A DNA stretch of 64,000 nucleotides from Octopus vulgaris (Eukaryota). Position numbers and translations under genes: made by a program. Positions within the stretch are counted from its first letter, which is position 1; every line of letters begins with the position of its first letter. Of this stretch, positions 1-13,560 are shown piece after piece. The notes under the pieces are model-generated. The model was not told where the DNA came from and ran no database searches. It worked only from the letters and a program-made list of their open reading frames with translations. Location: the NCBI GenBank assembly GCA_951406725.2, contig OX597830.1, forward strand, positions 22,878,001 to 22,942,000, given 5' to 3'.

Positions 1-258
1 AAAAAGGTAGAGTTGCGTCCCCTACACAGTTTGTGGTTCGTATTCCTGATTCTCGACCCCATGTCGAATTTATCGATTTTTTTCAGAACTGGGGGAACTT
101 TTCAAAATTTTCGCTGCGTTAGTTTTGAATTATGACATTGGGCTATGTGTGTGTCAAGTTTCATCAGAATCGGTTGAAAGCCGTGGTCAGGGTGAGGGTA
201 CAAGCAAACAGACACACAGAAACACGCACAGACAAACTGCCGTTTATATAGAGAGAGA
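1..258 (-). mobile_element. Non-autonomous Helitron-like element (5' part; cut by window start)
   Basis: Near-identical to 38184-38441; minus strand begins A|TCTCTCTCTATATAAAC (5'-TC). Confidence 0.7.
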
Positions 259-335
259 TTCACGCAAACCAAGGTCATACTGATAAATAAATAATATACG
301 TATATACATTCATACATGAATACATACATAGACAC

Positions 336-442
<107 letters not shown>

Positions 443-691
443 CACACACTCCTGTCTAGTACTTTTTCACTTGTATACCTATGCATGCATGGTTTTGTAT
501 GTATGTGTGTGTATGTTTGTATGTATGTGTATGTATGTTTGTATCATGTATGTATGTATGTATGTATGCATGTATGTACGTACGTACGTATGTATGTATG
601 CATGTATCTGTGTATATCATTTATTAGTGTGACCTTGGTTAGCTGAATTTGAGATGGAAGTGTTGTTTACTGTTGGTTTCAACCTTACTAT

Positions 692-759
<68 letters not shown>

Positions 760-1098
760 GTTGTAGTTGTTGTTGTTGTTGTTGTTGTTTGCTTACTACG
801 GGAAGAGGAAATTCTTGTCGAATCTGTTTTTGCTGAGCAACAAATAAAATTCTACACTTTCAACTGATAAGGAGCTGTTCTTTTGTTTTCCTTTTCTTGC
901 AGAGTGAGCTGGTTTGCGTGTGTACGTTGATGCCTATGCTTAGTTCGTTGCTTGTGGCGTGGCCTTATCATAAACAAGAATGCTGTATGTTGTTGATGTT
1001 GCTGTTTGTTGTTTAGTCCCAGGCCATAAGTGCAGGAACGAAATTTGTTTAGAGGGTGCGGACCCAGGGCCAATTTAAAAAATCTTTTTTTACAAATA

Positions 1099-1263
1099 GG
1101 CGCAGGAGTGGCTGTGTGGTAAGTAACCTGCTTACCAACCACACTGTTCCGGGTTCAGTCCCACTGTGTGGCACCTTGGGGAAGTGTCTACTGCTATAGC
1201 CTCGGGCCGACCAAAGCCTTGTGAGTGGATTTGGTAGACAGAAACTGAAAGAAGCCTGTCGTA

Positions 1264-1302
<39 letters not shown>

Positions 1303-1528
1303 CTGTGTGTTTGTGTGTCTGTGTTTGTCCTCCCAACATCGCTTGACAACCGTTGCTGGTATGTTTACGTCCCCGTTACTTAGCGGTTCGGCAAAAAAGA
1401 CCGATAGAATAAGTACTAGGCTTACAAAGAATAAGACCTGGGGTTGATTTGCTCGACTAAAAGGCGGTGCTCCAGCATGGCCGCAGTCAAATGACTGAAA
1501 CAAGTGAAAGAGAGTAAAAGAGAGTAAA
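1099..1528 (+). mobile_element. tRNA-derived SINE, family A (internal (TA)n(TG)n, CR1-type 3' tail)
   Basis: Head GGCGCAGGAGTGGCTGTGTGGT...GGTTCAGTCCC (A/B-box-like), tail GGCGGTGCTCCAGCATGGCCGCAGTCAAATGACTGAAAC plus (AAAGAGT)-like repeats; many copies in the window. Confidence 0.85.
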
Positions 1529-1564
1529 GCCGAATTTTTCAATCTCAATATCAAATGAAATAAA

Positions 1565-1777
1565 GAGCGGCGAACTGGTGGAATCGTTTGCACGCCGGGC
1601 AAAATGCTTAGCGGCATTTCGTCCGGCTTTATGTTCGGATTTCAAATGCCGCCGTAGTCGAGTTTGCCTTTTATCCTTTCGGGGTCAATAGAATAAGTAC
1701 AAGTGGAGCACTGCGGTCCATCTAATCGACTCACCACACCCACTAAAATTTCAGGCCTTGTGCCTATAGTAGAAAGG

Positions 1778-1780
<3 letters not shown>
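1565..1780 (+). mobile_element. SINE family B, short-tail variant
   Basis: GCGGCGAACTGG...GCCTTTTATCCTTTCGGGGTC...AAGTAC core shared with more than 10 copies; tail GGCCTTGTGCCTATAGTAGAAAGGATT. Confidence 0.75.
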
Positions 1781-1837
<57 letters not shown>

Positions 1838-2907
1838 GAGTGAGAGAGCAGTGCATGCCATCAAAGTGACACTGGGGTAAAATATACGAAGCCCAGCATA
1901 CCCATCATGACTACCCGTCTGATAAGGGTACACCAGGCACTTGCATCACAACCATATGTGCGCGACATGGTGATTTCATATCAAGATAAACAGCACATGA
2001 CCTTGCAGGTGGGGCCCAGTTAGAATTTTCTTCGGGTTAAGTAGCCCATCCCGCTCAAAATGTCCCTGAATAAGGGTTGTTTAAGGATGTTGAAAAAAAC
2101 CACCCATGTTTCCAGAGGTGAATTATTCAAACCCCAAAAGAATCCCTCGCAACACATGGCTATGATGCTCCCCCACTACTTCTGCTCGTGATCAGAGATG
2201 CACACATCGCCAGCCACTAAGGGACATGCTTAGCTGGTTAAGATCAAACAACTGACAAGCAAATCTGTGGTATTGAGCAGAATATTTGCTGTAGCCCATC
2301 TTTTATACCAAGACAAAACAATGTACGTGATAACACTGCAAAACAATATACATGATATTATTATTATTGAGTGAGAGAGCAGTTCATGCCATCAAAGTGA
2401 CACTGGGGTAAAATATACGAAGCCCAATATACCCATCATGACTACCCGTCTGATAAAGGTACACCAGGCACATGCATCACAACCATATGTGCGCGACATG
2501 GTGATCTCATATCAAGATAAACAGCACATGACCTTGCAGGTGGGGCCCAGTTAGAATTTTCTTCAGGTTGAGTAGCCCATCCCGCTCAAACGGTCCCTGA
2601 ATAAGGGTTGTTTAAGGATGTTGAAAGAACCACCCATGTTTCCAGAGGTGAACTATTCAAACCCCAAAGAATCCCTCTCAACACATGGCTATGATGCTCC
2701 CCCACTACTTCTGCTCGTGATCAGAGATGCACATATCGTCAGCCACTAAGGGACATGCTCAACTGGTTAAGGTCAAACAACTGACAAGCAAATCTGTGGT
2801 ATTGAGCAGAATATTTGCTGTAGCCCATCTTTTATACCAAGACAAAACAATGTACATGATAACACTTCCAATCAGTTAAGATCAGAAGCCATGAGAGCCA
2901 CTGCCTG

Positions 2908-2957
<50 letters not shown>

Positions 2958-3234
2958 GAGTGAGCGAGCAGAGCATGCCATCGAAGTATCGAAGTGACAC
3001 TGGGGTAAAATATACGAAGCCCAGTATACCCATCATGACTACCCGTCTGATAAGGGTACACCAGGCACATGCATCACAAGCATATGTGCGCGACATGGTG
3101 ATCTCATATCAAGATAAACAGCACATGACCTTGCAGGTGGAGCCCAGTTAAAAATTTTCTTCAGATCGAGTAACCCATCCCGCTCAAAAAGGTCCCTGAA
3201 TAAGGGTTGTTTAAGGATGTTGAACGAAACACCC
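1838..3234 (-). mobile_element. Three tandem copies of a ~540-bp retroposon in a (TAA)n microsatellite
   Basis: Copies at 1838-2340, 2369-2910 and 2958-3234 share the same left end (GAGTGAG) next to (TTA)n and have variable right ends, i.e. 5' truncation on the minus strand. Confidence 0.75.
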
Positions 3235-3289
<55 letters not shown>

Positions 3290-3522
3290 GTTATTATTAT
3301 TGTTATTATTATTATTATTGTTATTATTATTGTTATTATATAGCAATCAAATCAGATAAATCTAATATTGGAAAAATAGTGTTTCATATCAGTCCAAAAA
3401 TGTTTCTACACTCGTTCATCTTGGCGATCCCACCCACCCAAAAAGTTTCAGGGGATGCGCTTGCACCCCTTGTATCCTCTGTTCTCGTGTCTATGCCCCA
3501 GGCCTGTCCTGACTCAGTAGAC

Positions 3523-3597
<75 letters not shown>

Positions 3598-4567
3598 CGT
3601 GTGTTTGTGTATGTGTGTATGGGGCCCGAAGTGAGTATTGAACCCAGCGCCCCAGTGGTGAATTATAATGAAAGAAAAAGTGACATAAAATGGTAAGTTG
3701 AGATTATTTTAAAGAACTGTTAAATATGCTCTGTTTGAAATAATTGAAATCACGTAATCATCCCGGAGTGGGGCCGGGTTGACCGTTTCACCTTCATTGT
3801 AATATTTTCATTTTATTCATTTTTCATGTGTTAATTGTCCCAGCATGTGTGTTTGTATCCTCTATGTCGGTCCCTTGTGGGCAATAAAAAAAAATCATGT
3901 ATGTAGCTAGCTTGCCTGATTAATGGATGGAGAAAGAGAAAGAGAGAGAGAGTGGGAGGCGTGTATGCACCCCACCCCACCCCCACCCCCACCACTGAGT
4001 TGGCCCATGACCAAACCTGTTCCGTTAATGATTCTCTAAACCATTTTTGCTTCGGGTGTTTGGGTATCAAAAAACAATATTGTCCAGTGTGACATTTTTT
4101 TCTTTTTAAATAAACGGTTGGGTATATTTTTAGAGAGATCTGTTCACTTTTCTAACACCTTGAACCCAAAACCTCCTTCATTGTGTAGTTTAGTAGGTCA
4201 ACAATGCGCTCTATCGATACCATGGTCCACAAGGCATGGTCTCTAAACCTGGATATTTTTCAGAAGTCACAAGAAGCACACTTATGTATGAGAGGATCCA
4301 AATGAGATTGAACCTTGTCTCAAGGCAGTGTTAATCCACTTATCAATAGGTTTCTGGCCGTTTTTCTTTCTCAAACTCTGTAAACTCCAGTAAAATATTA
4401 ACGTCTCCAGATTTCAAAATTTGTTGGATGTTTATCTTTTAAAAAACTGATTTCTTGTTCGTAATATTTTCAGATTTTCTATAAATTTGTTCTTTTCAAG
4501 CGACAGGCACTAGGCAAGCATTCTAAAATTTCCTCTGTGAGAGAAAGGAGTGGCTGTGGGAGGAGTA

Positions 4568-5091
<524 letters not shown>

Positions 5092-5483
5092 ATTAAGATT
5101 TTTTGGGGTATTTTCGACTCCTTCATACGCATTGCACATTCAACCCATCTGGTCTTCACTTTAAGAAGCTTTGTATTCTGTGCAGTGATGGTGGTGTTCT
5201 AGGTAGGATGTAATTTGTGGGAGATTTGGCTGATATTTCTAACATGTCAAGCAATCAAGTAGAGGCTGTCCCTGAACAAGAATCCCGTTGCTTTTCACTT
5301 TGTCAGACCAGGAAATGGCCGCAGATGTTACGTAGAGATCACCCGATGCTGACATAACAGCTGCATGGTTCGATTGCAGAGTTGCAGAAAGGATCCGTTT
5401 AGCGAGCATCTGTCAATGATCCTATAAACCGATTAACTAGTAAATTATAGATCGATACATGCATTGGTTCAATGCATATAGAG

Positions 5484-5780
5484 TAGGGCCCGGATTAAGG
5501 CCCATTTAGGCCCTAAGCACTTAAGAGATTTTGGTGGCCCCAGATACAAACAATAGAAGCAATAAGAAACTATTAAAAACTTTTTATTTTTCAAAATGAA
5601 ACAAAACTAACAGTAAGAAGGAAAGTAGTGTATATCTTTGTATATTTCCACTTTATTAATATATCTTATATATAGAGATGAAGTTCTCTATTTTTTTAAT
5701 TACAAAGTCTTTGATCATATCCTCAAAATTAATCTTACATAATACGTCTGTTTCTGTACTTAAAACAGATAAGGCATTCC
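5484..5780 (-). mobile_element. hAT (Tip100-like) DNA transposon 3' remnant
   Basis: TIR-like TAGGGCCCGGATTAAGG at 5484; minus strand about 5703-5778 reads NALSVLSTETDVLCKINFEDMIKDF, resembling the end of the hAT dimerisation domain. Confidence 0.6.
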
Positions 5781-5817
5781 GAATATTATTTTAACAAGTT
5801 TGAAGTGATATCGTTTG

Positions 5818-6155
5818 TGTGGAGGCGCAATGGCCCAGTGATTAGGGCAGCGGACTCGCGGTCGTAGGATCGCAGTTTCTATTCCTGGGTGTTGTGAGTA
5901 TTTTTTTGAGCGAAAACACCTAAAGCTCCACGAGGCTCCGGCTGTACTTTTTCACCACAACCTTCTCTCACTCTTTCTTCCTGTACCTGTATTTCAAAGG
6001 ACCAGCCTTGTCACGCTGAATTCACCCCGAGAAACTGCGTTAAGGGTACACGCGTCTGTGGAATGCTCAGCCACTTGCACGTTAATTTCACGAGCAGGCT
6101 GTTTCGTTGATCGGATCAACTGGAACCTTCGTCGTCGTAACTGATTGAGTGTCAC
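5818..6155 (+). mobile_element. tRNA-derived SINE, family C
   Basis: Head GGAGGCGCAATGGCCCAGTGATTAGGGCAGCGGACTCGCGG; body CGTTAAGGGTACACG...GTCGTCGTAAC. Related pieces at 6380-6760, 18213-18515, 32290-32400, 37315-37475, 41763-42053, 46295-46500, 50601-50880. Confidence 0.8.
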
Positions 6156-6427
6156 GCACGATTTCTTTTGTGCTGTAGACTATTTACCATTTTGCTTAAT
6201 GGTTAATCCAACACTGACTCAGAGTGAAGAGTATATATCCAGGAGTCACAGTATGATCGAATGTTTAAGAGGTTTAAGAGGTTAGCACTTTAGGTAAAAA
6301 AAATGTCACTTTTTCTCATAACTTCAGGTAAATCTACGAGTCGAGTGAATTCTACAGGTAACTAGAAAGTGAGTCTTGTCACTTGCTGTGCTGCACTGTA
6401 TTCAGCCGGAGAATTACGTTAAGAGTA

Positions 6428-6652
6428 CAGTGATCCCTCGACTATCGCGGGTGTTACGTTCCAAAACACCCCGCGATAGGCGAAAATCCGCGAAGTGGAA
6501 ACAGTACTGTACAGTCTATTTTTTAAAAATTATTTTCATAATCTGTATATATTTATTTTATTATAAATGCGAAACAACACTACGGAGGAATGGGCGTAAA
6601 GCTTAAATAATAAACCGCGTTAGATGAACCGCGATATGGTGAGGGCTTACTA
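6428..6652. mobile_element. pogo/Tigger-like MITE nested in a family-C SINE
   Basis: TIR CAGTGATCCCTCGACTATCGCG / CGCGATATGGTGAGGGCTTACT; a TA duplication splits the SINE motif TTAAGAGTA|CTCGTGTCTGTGG; second copy at 35294-35531. Confidence 0.8.
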
Positions 6653-7302
6653 TACTCGTGTCTGTGGTATACTCAGACACATCTAACGCGTCATTAGTTC
6701 AATAAGCAGGCAATGAGCAGTTGGTCGAACAACTGAACCCTCATCGTCGAACGACGGAGAGATACCAAAACAACCACCACCACCACCACCACCACCACCA
6801 CACCACCACCACCACACCACCACCACCACACCACCACCACCACCGTTGCCGCCGCCACCTTACCAATACCACACTTAACAGCAATGTGTTCCCCGACCCT
6901 ACTTCCCTATTCCTTGCCATCATCCCATCCTCTTACCATCACCATCATCATACTACCACTACTACCATTACCAGCAACACATAATCCCACCGCCACCACC
7001 ACTACCATCACCTCCACCACTAGATCACAGAAGTACAAGGCTAGAAACTGTAAATCATTTATTCCGACATCAACTTTCTGTCAACTCATCGTCCTACTTC
7101 CGATTTTTATCTATTTATTCATTTATTTTATTTTATTTTATTTTATTTTAAATAAAAGAGGGATTGTCGTCGTTTTGGTTCCTTCCAAATAAATTAAAGC
7201 GTTTTGAAAAAATTTTATCGTCTGCTTCAGACAATTTTACAATCGGTTTAACGAAAATGCAGACTTATATATGTAGGGATACACATAAACGTACATATTA
7301 AG

Positions 7303-7625
<323 letters not shown>

Positions 7626-7841
7626 AGTCTGTCTGTCTATGCAGGCATACATATAAACATACTTGTTACTCAGACACACGTATATACATATATATGTATA
7701 TGTGCATGTATGTAGGCAAATCAAAAATAAAAACAAAAACAACAAAAGCCAACGGACATACACAGTGAATGTATAAGGTCGACGATATATATACATATAC
7801 ATAAATATACATACATATACATGCGTGTGCGTGTGTATGCG

Positions 7842-7896
<55 letters not shown>

Positions 7897-8032
7897 GTTC
7901 AAATACATATACAAGTGTGTGTATATGTATGTATAAGTGCGGTTGCGTATGTAAGCAATTTTAGGCATGTATGTGTTTCGCCTGTGTATGTAGGCGTGCG
8001 TATGCTCTACACTAACGTGCGCACGCGCAGAC

Positions 8033-8101
<69 letters not shown>

Positions 8102-8854
8102 TCTCCCTGGTTCTCTTTTCCTGGCGCCATGATAAAAGGCCTAACTTTATGGCTACTAAGACTAGAGATGGTGTAAAATCTCAGCCAGCAATGATAGTCA
8201 GATTTATTAACGCCCGTTTCCGAGATAGTTAAAGCTTCTGTTAGCTATCTTCAGTTTATAGCTGCAGGTCTGACGTCCTCTGCTGGTCACTGAAAGACAG
8301 TTATAAAAGAACGGACGAAACGCTTTGATTGGTTTCTCACTCGGAGGAATAGACATGTGATCTCACTTTATCGTAGTAAAAGCGACGATGTATGTATGTA
8401 TGTATGTATGTATGTGTGTGTGTATGTGTGTGTGTGTGTGTATGTGTGTATGTATGTATGTATGTGCGTGTCGGTGTGTATGTATGTACGCATGCATGTA
8501 TATATACATAAGTGTTTGTTTGTGTGCCTGTATGTGTGTCTCAGTATGTGTGTGCGTGTGTTGTACACATGCACACTTCCATTTACACAAACACGAAATT
8601 CTCTCCTTCTCTCTCTCTCCATCCATTCATCTGACAAGCTACCTACACACACACACACATACACAAACACACGCACGCACACACACATATATGTTTATAT
8701 ATATGCACGTATATGTATCTACACACATACGTATATTATATATATATCCATACACACACACATACAAATTTAAATATATATATATATATATCAGTCGCCA
8801 TGATAGATTGTTAGCCACTACACACATTTTTCTCTCCTTGTTTTTTCTGTGTCC

Positions 8855-8890
8855 CTTTCTGTAGAAGAGCGTAGGTTCGAAACGTAAAAG
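8855..8890 (+). ncRNA. Minimal type-I hammerhead-like motif with variant core (CUGUAGA)
   Basis: CUUU-CUGUAGA-aGAGC(gtag)GUUC-GAAA-CG-UA-AAAG; lies in a ~190-bp insert (8791-8981) between (TA)n tracts; homologue at 36995-37035. Confidence 0.55.
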
Positions 8891-9742
8891 ACTTTTTCTA
8901 TTCCGGAGCGTTATACTAATACATCTGTTTGTTTTGTACACCACCTGTCTTCGTCTTTTGTTTTTTTTCGTAAACTCTCCTTATATATATATACGTACAC
9001 ACACGCAACATACACTCACACAAGTACATGCGTACACACAAACATTGTCGAAGTTGGCTCGCTCGAGAGTGCGCGGGAATACCAACCAATCGGACAGACG
9101 ATGGTTCGTGTACTGATACCAGTTTTACATTGTGTCCCTGCCGAAGATACTTTGATTTCAGCAGCTCAGTTCATAATGGATTCAAATATCATCCTAGTGT
9201 ATCCGGTAAAACTTTCAACGAAGTTAACTGCTATCAAGCACAACTCTCTCGGACAACTGCTCCTATCTTACCCGAACAACTGCATCCACTCACCCGGACA
9301 ACCGCCTACTAATAATTGTCTCCAGGCAATTATTAATTACATGGAAAAATGTGAGCAGTCTTAAGACTATAAACCTGGGAAATTATAGGACAGGTTATTA
9401 CACTTGGAAAAGTTCGGGACGTCTAGTGAAATACAGAACAAGAAACTTTTTACTTAAAATATTGCAGCCAAGGATAAAATTTCAAATAAAATATTTTGAT
9501 TTAGGAAATATTAGCTTTTATTAAAACTAAAAGTTTTATTACTAGTTATTACTTCCGTTTGTTATTGTTACTTCTATTAAAAATAAAAATTAATCTTAAT
9601 TAAAATATTTTTTTGCACTTTAAAGCAATTAATTTTTTTAATTATTAATTAATAATTAGAAATTTGAAAAGAGGTTATAAAAAACAATAGTAGTACATAA
9701 TTAGTACAATAAATAGAATAATACAAAAATTAGTTACACATA

Positions 9743-10145
9743 GGCGCAGGAGTAGCTGTGTGGTAAGTAGCTTGCTAACCAACCACATGGTTCCGGGTTC
9801 AGTCCCACTGCGTGGCATCTTGGGCAAGTGTCTTCTGCTATAGCCCCGGGCCGACCAATGCCTTGTGAGTGGATTTGGTAGATGGAAACTGAAAAGAAGC
9901 CTGTCGTATATATGTATATATATATATGTGTGTGTGTTTGTGTGCCTGTGTTTGTCCCCCTAGCATTGCTTGACAACCAATGCTGGTGTGTTTACGTCCC
10001 CGTAACTTAGCGGTTCGGCAAAAAGTGACCGATAGAATAAGTACTGGGCTTACAAAGAATAAGTCCCGGGGTCGATTTGCTCGACTAAAGGCGGTGCTCC
10101 AGCATGGCCGCAGTCAAATGACTGAAACGAGTAAAAAGAGTAAAA
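9743..10145 (+). mobile_element. SINE family A
   Basis: Full-length homologue of 1099-1528. Confidence 0.85.
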
Positions 10146-10331
10146 AAAAAAGAGAGAGATTACAGTAAAATCTACCTAGAACAACAAATTCACAGTAAAA
10201 TTTTGTTGAGTTATTGCCAAGTCTTCACATTTTTAGTCTTGACCCAATGTCTATTTTTTACATAACGAATTTGCCTGTCATATATACTATTCTCCTTTGC
10301 ATAAACCTTTAGCTATATTGGTACTTCTGGC

Positions 10332-10745
10332 GGATCTTTTCGGTTTGAACGGCAGTTTTTTAAAAATAATTTCCACGTAACTAAACACTTTTAAACTTCG
10401 TATACTAGTAGAATGTGTTTATAAAACATCTTTTTCTCTTGGCTTTATTGAGAAAATTCTATAGTTTGTAAGATATTTGTTGTTGTTTTTTTCAATTTCT
10501 GCAATTTCAACCAATCAGTTACGTCTATTGAGGTAAAAAAAACATTCTGTCACTCGTTTAAGAAACAGATTGGGTTTATTTACATTTCTGAAGAAAAAAA
10601 AAAGATACCCTTCCTCCCAATCCTAACCCTAACCCTAACCCTAAAACAGATTGAAATGCAATAGATCAATACTAGGGTCATAATTATGGGTAACAATTTC
10701 ATATGACACCGCTAGAAAAAACTGCCGTTCAAACCGAAAAGATCC
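10332..10745. mobile_element. MITE with GGATC...GATCC TIRs and internal (CCCTAA)n
   Basis: ~29-bp TIR GGATCTTTTCGGTTTGAACGGCAGTTTTT; flanked by a 21-bp direct repeat at 10311-10331 and 10746-10766. Confidence 0.9.
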
Positions 10746-12410
10746 AGCTATATTGGTACTTCTGGCTCTTATTTTTTAAGTATTCCAGTGTGTCAATATT
10801 TTAACAAAATGATGGTACCTTTTTTTAATTATAATATTACTTTGTAAATTAAAATCAAATAATTTTTAATATTCATATTTTATCCTTAGCTGCAATATTT
10901 TAAGTAAAAATTTCCTTGTTCTGTATTTTACCAGATGTAATAAGTTGTTTTGAACTTTTCCAAGTGTAATAACCTGTCCTGTAATTTTCCAGGTTTATAA
11001 TCTTAAGAATATTATTTCTGTTGCTCGCATTTCTTCATGTAATCCAGGTTTTTCTTTCCAGGCTATGTTATTATGTTAATTAATAATGTGTCAAATGTGC
11101 CAATTAGCGGTGTCGTTGATAATTTTTTCCTTATGTCAATGATGCCGGTGACATACATTGAAAGTCCCCTTTTTGGACTATATTCATAAAAAGTATAGAA
11201 CTATATTATCACCCTCAAATTTGAGAAACAAACACTCATAACTTTTTTCTTTTAAAACTTCATTGCATGAGATTGATATCATGAAATTCCTCGATTTGAG
11301 CCCTATCATTTAAACTTAATTAAAATATAGTTCGCTTTTAAAATAAAAATGTTAATTATATTTAAATCCAATATTTTGCCTTATTTTTTTTTCATGATTT
11401 TTACCTCACAACGTTTTTGTCACAAATTTTTGTTGCATGAGAACAAAACTATGAAATTCTTCATGTTTTCTTTTATCATTGAAGCTAAGATAATATATTT
11501 TGCTTTTAAAACAAAAAAAAGTTATTTGGATCTAAACTTGATTGGTGGCGTCTCTCCTATAATGTTACTACAAATTTTGATGTTAACTTTTTTCTACTGG
11601 ATTAAATCTCAATTTTTTTAATGCCAAAATGTAGCTAGGAATCAGTCCTCTTCAAAAATGTTAACAATTTTCAATTTGGTTTAGAACTGAATTGGCGAAA
11701 AGCTCTGAAAGGTGCTGCGTGTGAGTAAATTGCGGCCTTAAGAATATTATCCGACTACTGCCGTAGTTGAATGAATATATTTGAATATAAGCAACTTTGA
11801 TAATGTAAACATTATCGATGTCACATACTGTATGTGTTTTGTTTATATACCCATTATTTGTGCGATAGCGTCCTGGGGGAAAGTCCTTTTAAGAAAATAG
11901 TACTTCAAACCAGGCGAGGCAATTCGCTGTGTGTGTGATCGAAAACGATGGATATTGATAATTCACAGTTTTCGCTACTCATAGGTATCATGTACTCGAT
12001 TGACCTCGAGACGAATTAGAACACTGACCTGAGATATATATGCAAATAGTGTAGAGTCTATCTGCTTATGTACAACAACGCCACGCAAGTAATACGATAT
12101 TAAACTTGAATTATAAGCAACTCTAATAGTACATAAATACATAAATAATCAATGTTACATACTTAATGCATGTATTTTGCTTATGCGCTTATTAGCTGCG
12201 GGTTTAGCATCAGAGGGAAAAGTCTCTTTAAGACGCCGAATGTAAAAAAAAAAAACCCAAAAAGACCACTGAATAACGCAAACCAAACGTGACAACTCCC
12301 CACGCAGGTGAACAAGAACGATGAATATCAATAAGACACTGTTTTTGCAGCGGCAATATTTAATTCTAGCAATTAGTAATTATTATGTTTATGTATGATC
12401 TACAACAGTT

Positions 12411-12843
12411 TGATCTTTTCGGTTTGAACGGCAGTTTTTTAAAAATAATTTCCACGTAACTAAACACTTTTAAACTTCGTATACTGGTAGAATGTGTTTA
12501 TAAAACATCTTTTTCTCTTGGCTTTACTGAGAAAATTCTATAGTTTGTAAGATATTTGTTGTTGTTTTTCTTCAATTTCTGCAATTTCAACCAATCAAAT
12601 ACGTCTATTGAAGTGAAAACATTCTGTGCCGTATGAATATGTCCCTCGTTTAAGAAACATATTGGGTTTATTTACATATCTGAAGAAAAAAGATACCCAT
12701 CCCCCCACCCCTAACCCTAACCCTAAACCTAACCCTAACTCTAAAACAGATTGAAATGCAATATCGATAATAGGGTCATAATTATGGGTGACAATTTCAT
12801 ATGACACCGCTAGAAAAAACTGCCGTTCAAACCGAAAAGATCC
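12411..12843. mobile_element. MITE with GGATC TIRs and (CCCTAA)n, copy 2
   Basis: Homologous to 10332-10745; flanking repeat CAGTT(T). Confidence 0.9.
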
Positions 12844-13103
12844 CAGTTTTCAATTTTGATGGAGTAAACATGCTTTATTTATACAGAATCGGCTAAAACG
12901 ATTTCATAGATGGTACCAACGATCTCATAACGGCAGGATCAAATAAGAAATATCGACAGTGCGGTATCAAATATTTTAAGAAATGAGTTTATAGCATCAG
13001 CCCCACACAAAGCATTAAAAATGTTTTTGATTTGCCAAGAAGTGATTTCCAATAAATCTAAGAAACCTTCAGGATAAGAAAAGCACCTGGAAATAATTCA
13101 TAT

Positions 13104-13268
13104 TGGCGTCAGCGTGGGTGTGCGTGCTAAGAAGCTTGCTTCCCAACCACATGGTTCTGGGTTCAGTCCCACTGTATGGCACCTTGGGTAAGTGTCTTCT
13201 ACTAAAGCCTCGCGCCGACCAAAGCCTTGTGAGTGGATTTGGTAGACGGAAACTGAAAGACGCTTAAC

Positions 13269-13326
<58 letters not shown>

Positions 13327-13560
13327 GTGTGTGTATGTGAGTGTGTTTTGTATGTGTGTGTGTCTATGTTTGTTCCCCAACACCGCTTCACAACTGGTGT
13401 TGTGTTTATGTCCTAAAACTTAGCGGTTCGGCAAAAAAGATCGATAGAATATGTACCAGGCTTAAAAAATAAGTTCTAGGGTCGATGTATTTGACTAAAG
13501 AGTCTTGAAAGCGGTGCTCCAACATGGCCGCTGACTAATGATTGAAACAAATGAAAAATT
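13104..13560 (+). mobile_element. SINE family A (diverged)
   Basis: Head, body and tail align with the other family A copies. Confidence 0.8.

Larger units (their letters stand above)
9336..11043. mobile_element. Non-autonomous DNA transposon with ~150-bp TIRs, carrying a nested SINE and MITE
   Basis: 9336-9485 is the diverged reverse complement of about 10875-11043 (e.g. CAGGTTATTACACTTGGAAAAGTTC / GAACTTTTCCAAGTGTAATAACCTG). Confidence 0.7.

Noticed and set aside
903-984. Possible plus-strand exon after TTTTCTTGCAG
   Set aside because: Weak donor, no recognisable product and no partner exons.
8200-8330. Hammerhead-like pieces (CUGAAGA...GAAAC on minus; CUGAC-GUCC...GGAC-GAAAC on plus)
   Set aside because: Stem I or the core is incomplete; cannot be supported, although it may be a decayed copy.
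10622-10645. (CCCTAA)n as a telomere or chromosome-fusion site
   Set aside because: Short and internal to a repeated TIR element.
11780-12350. Ancient ~320-bp degenerate tandem duplication
   Set aside because: Visible but highly diverged, with no functional signal.
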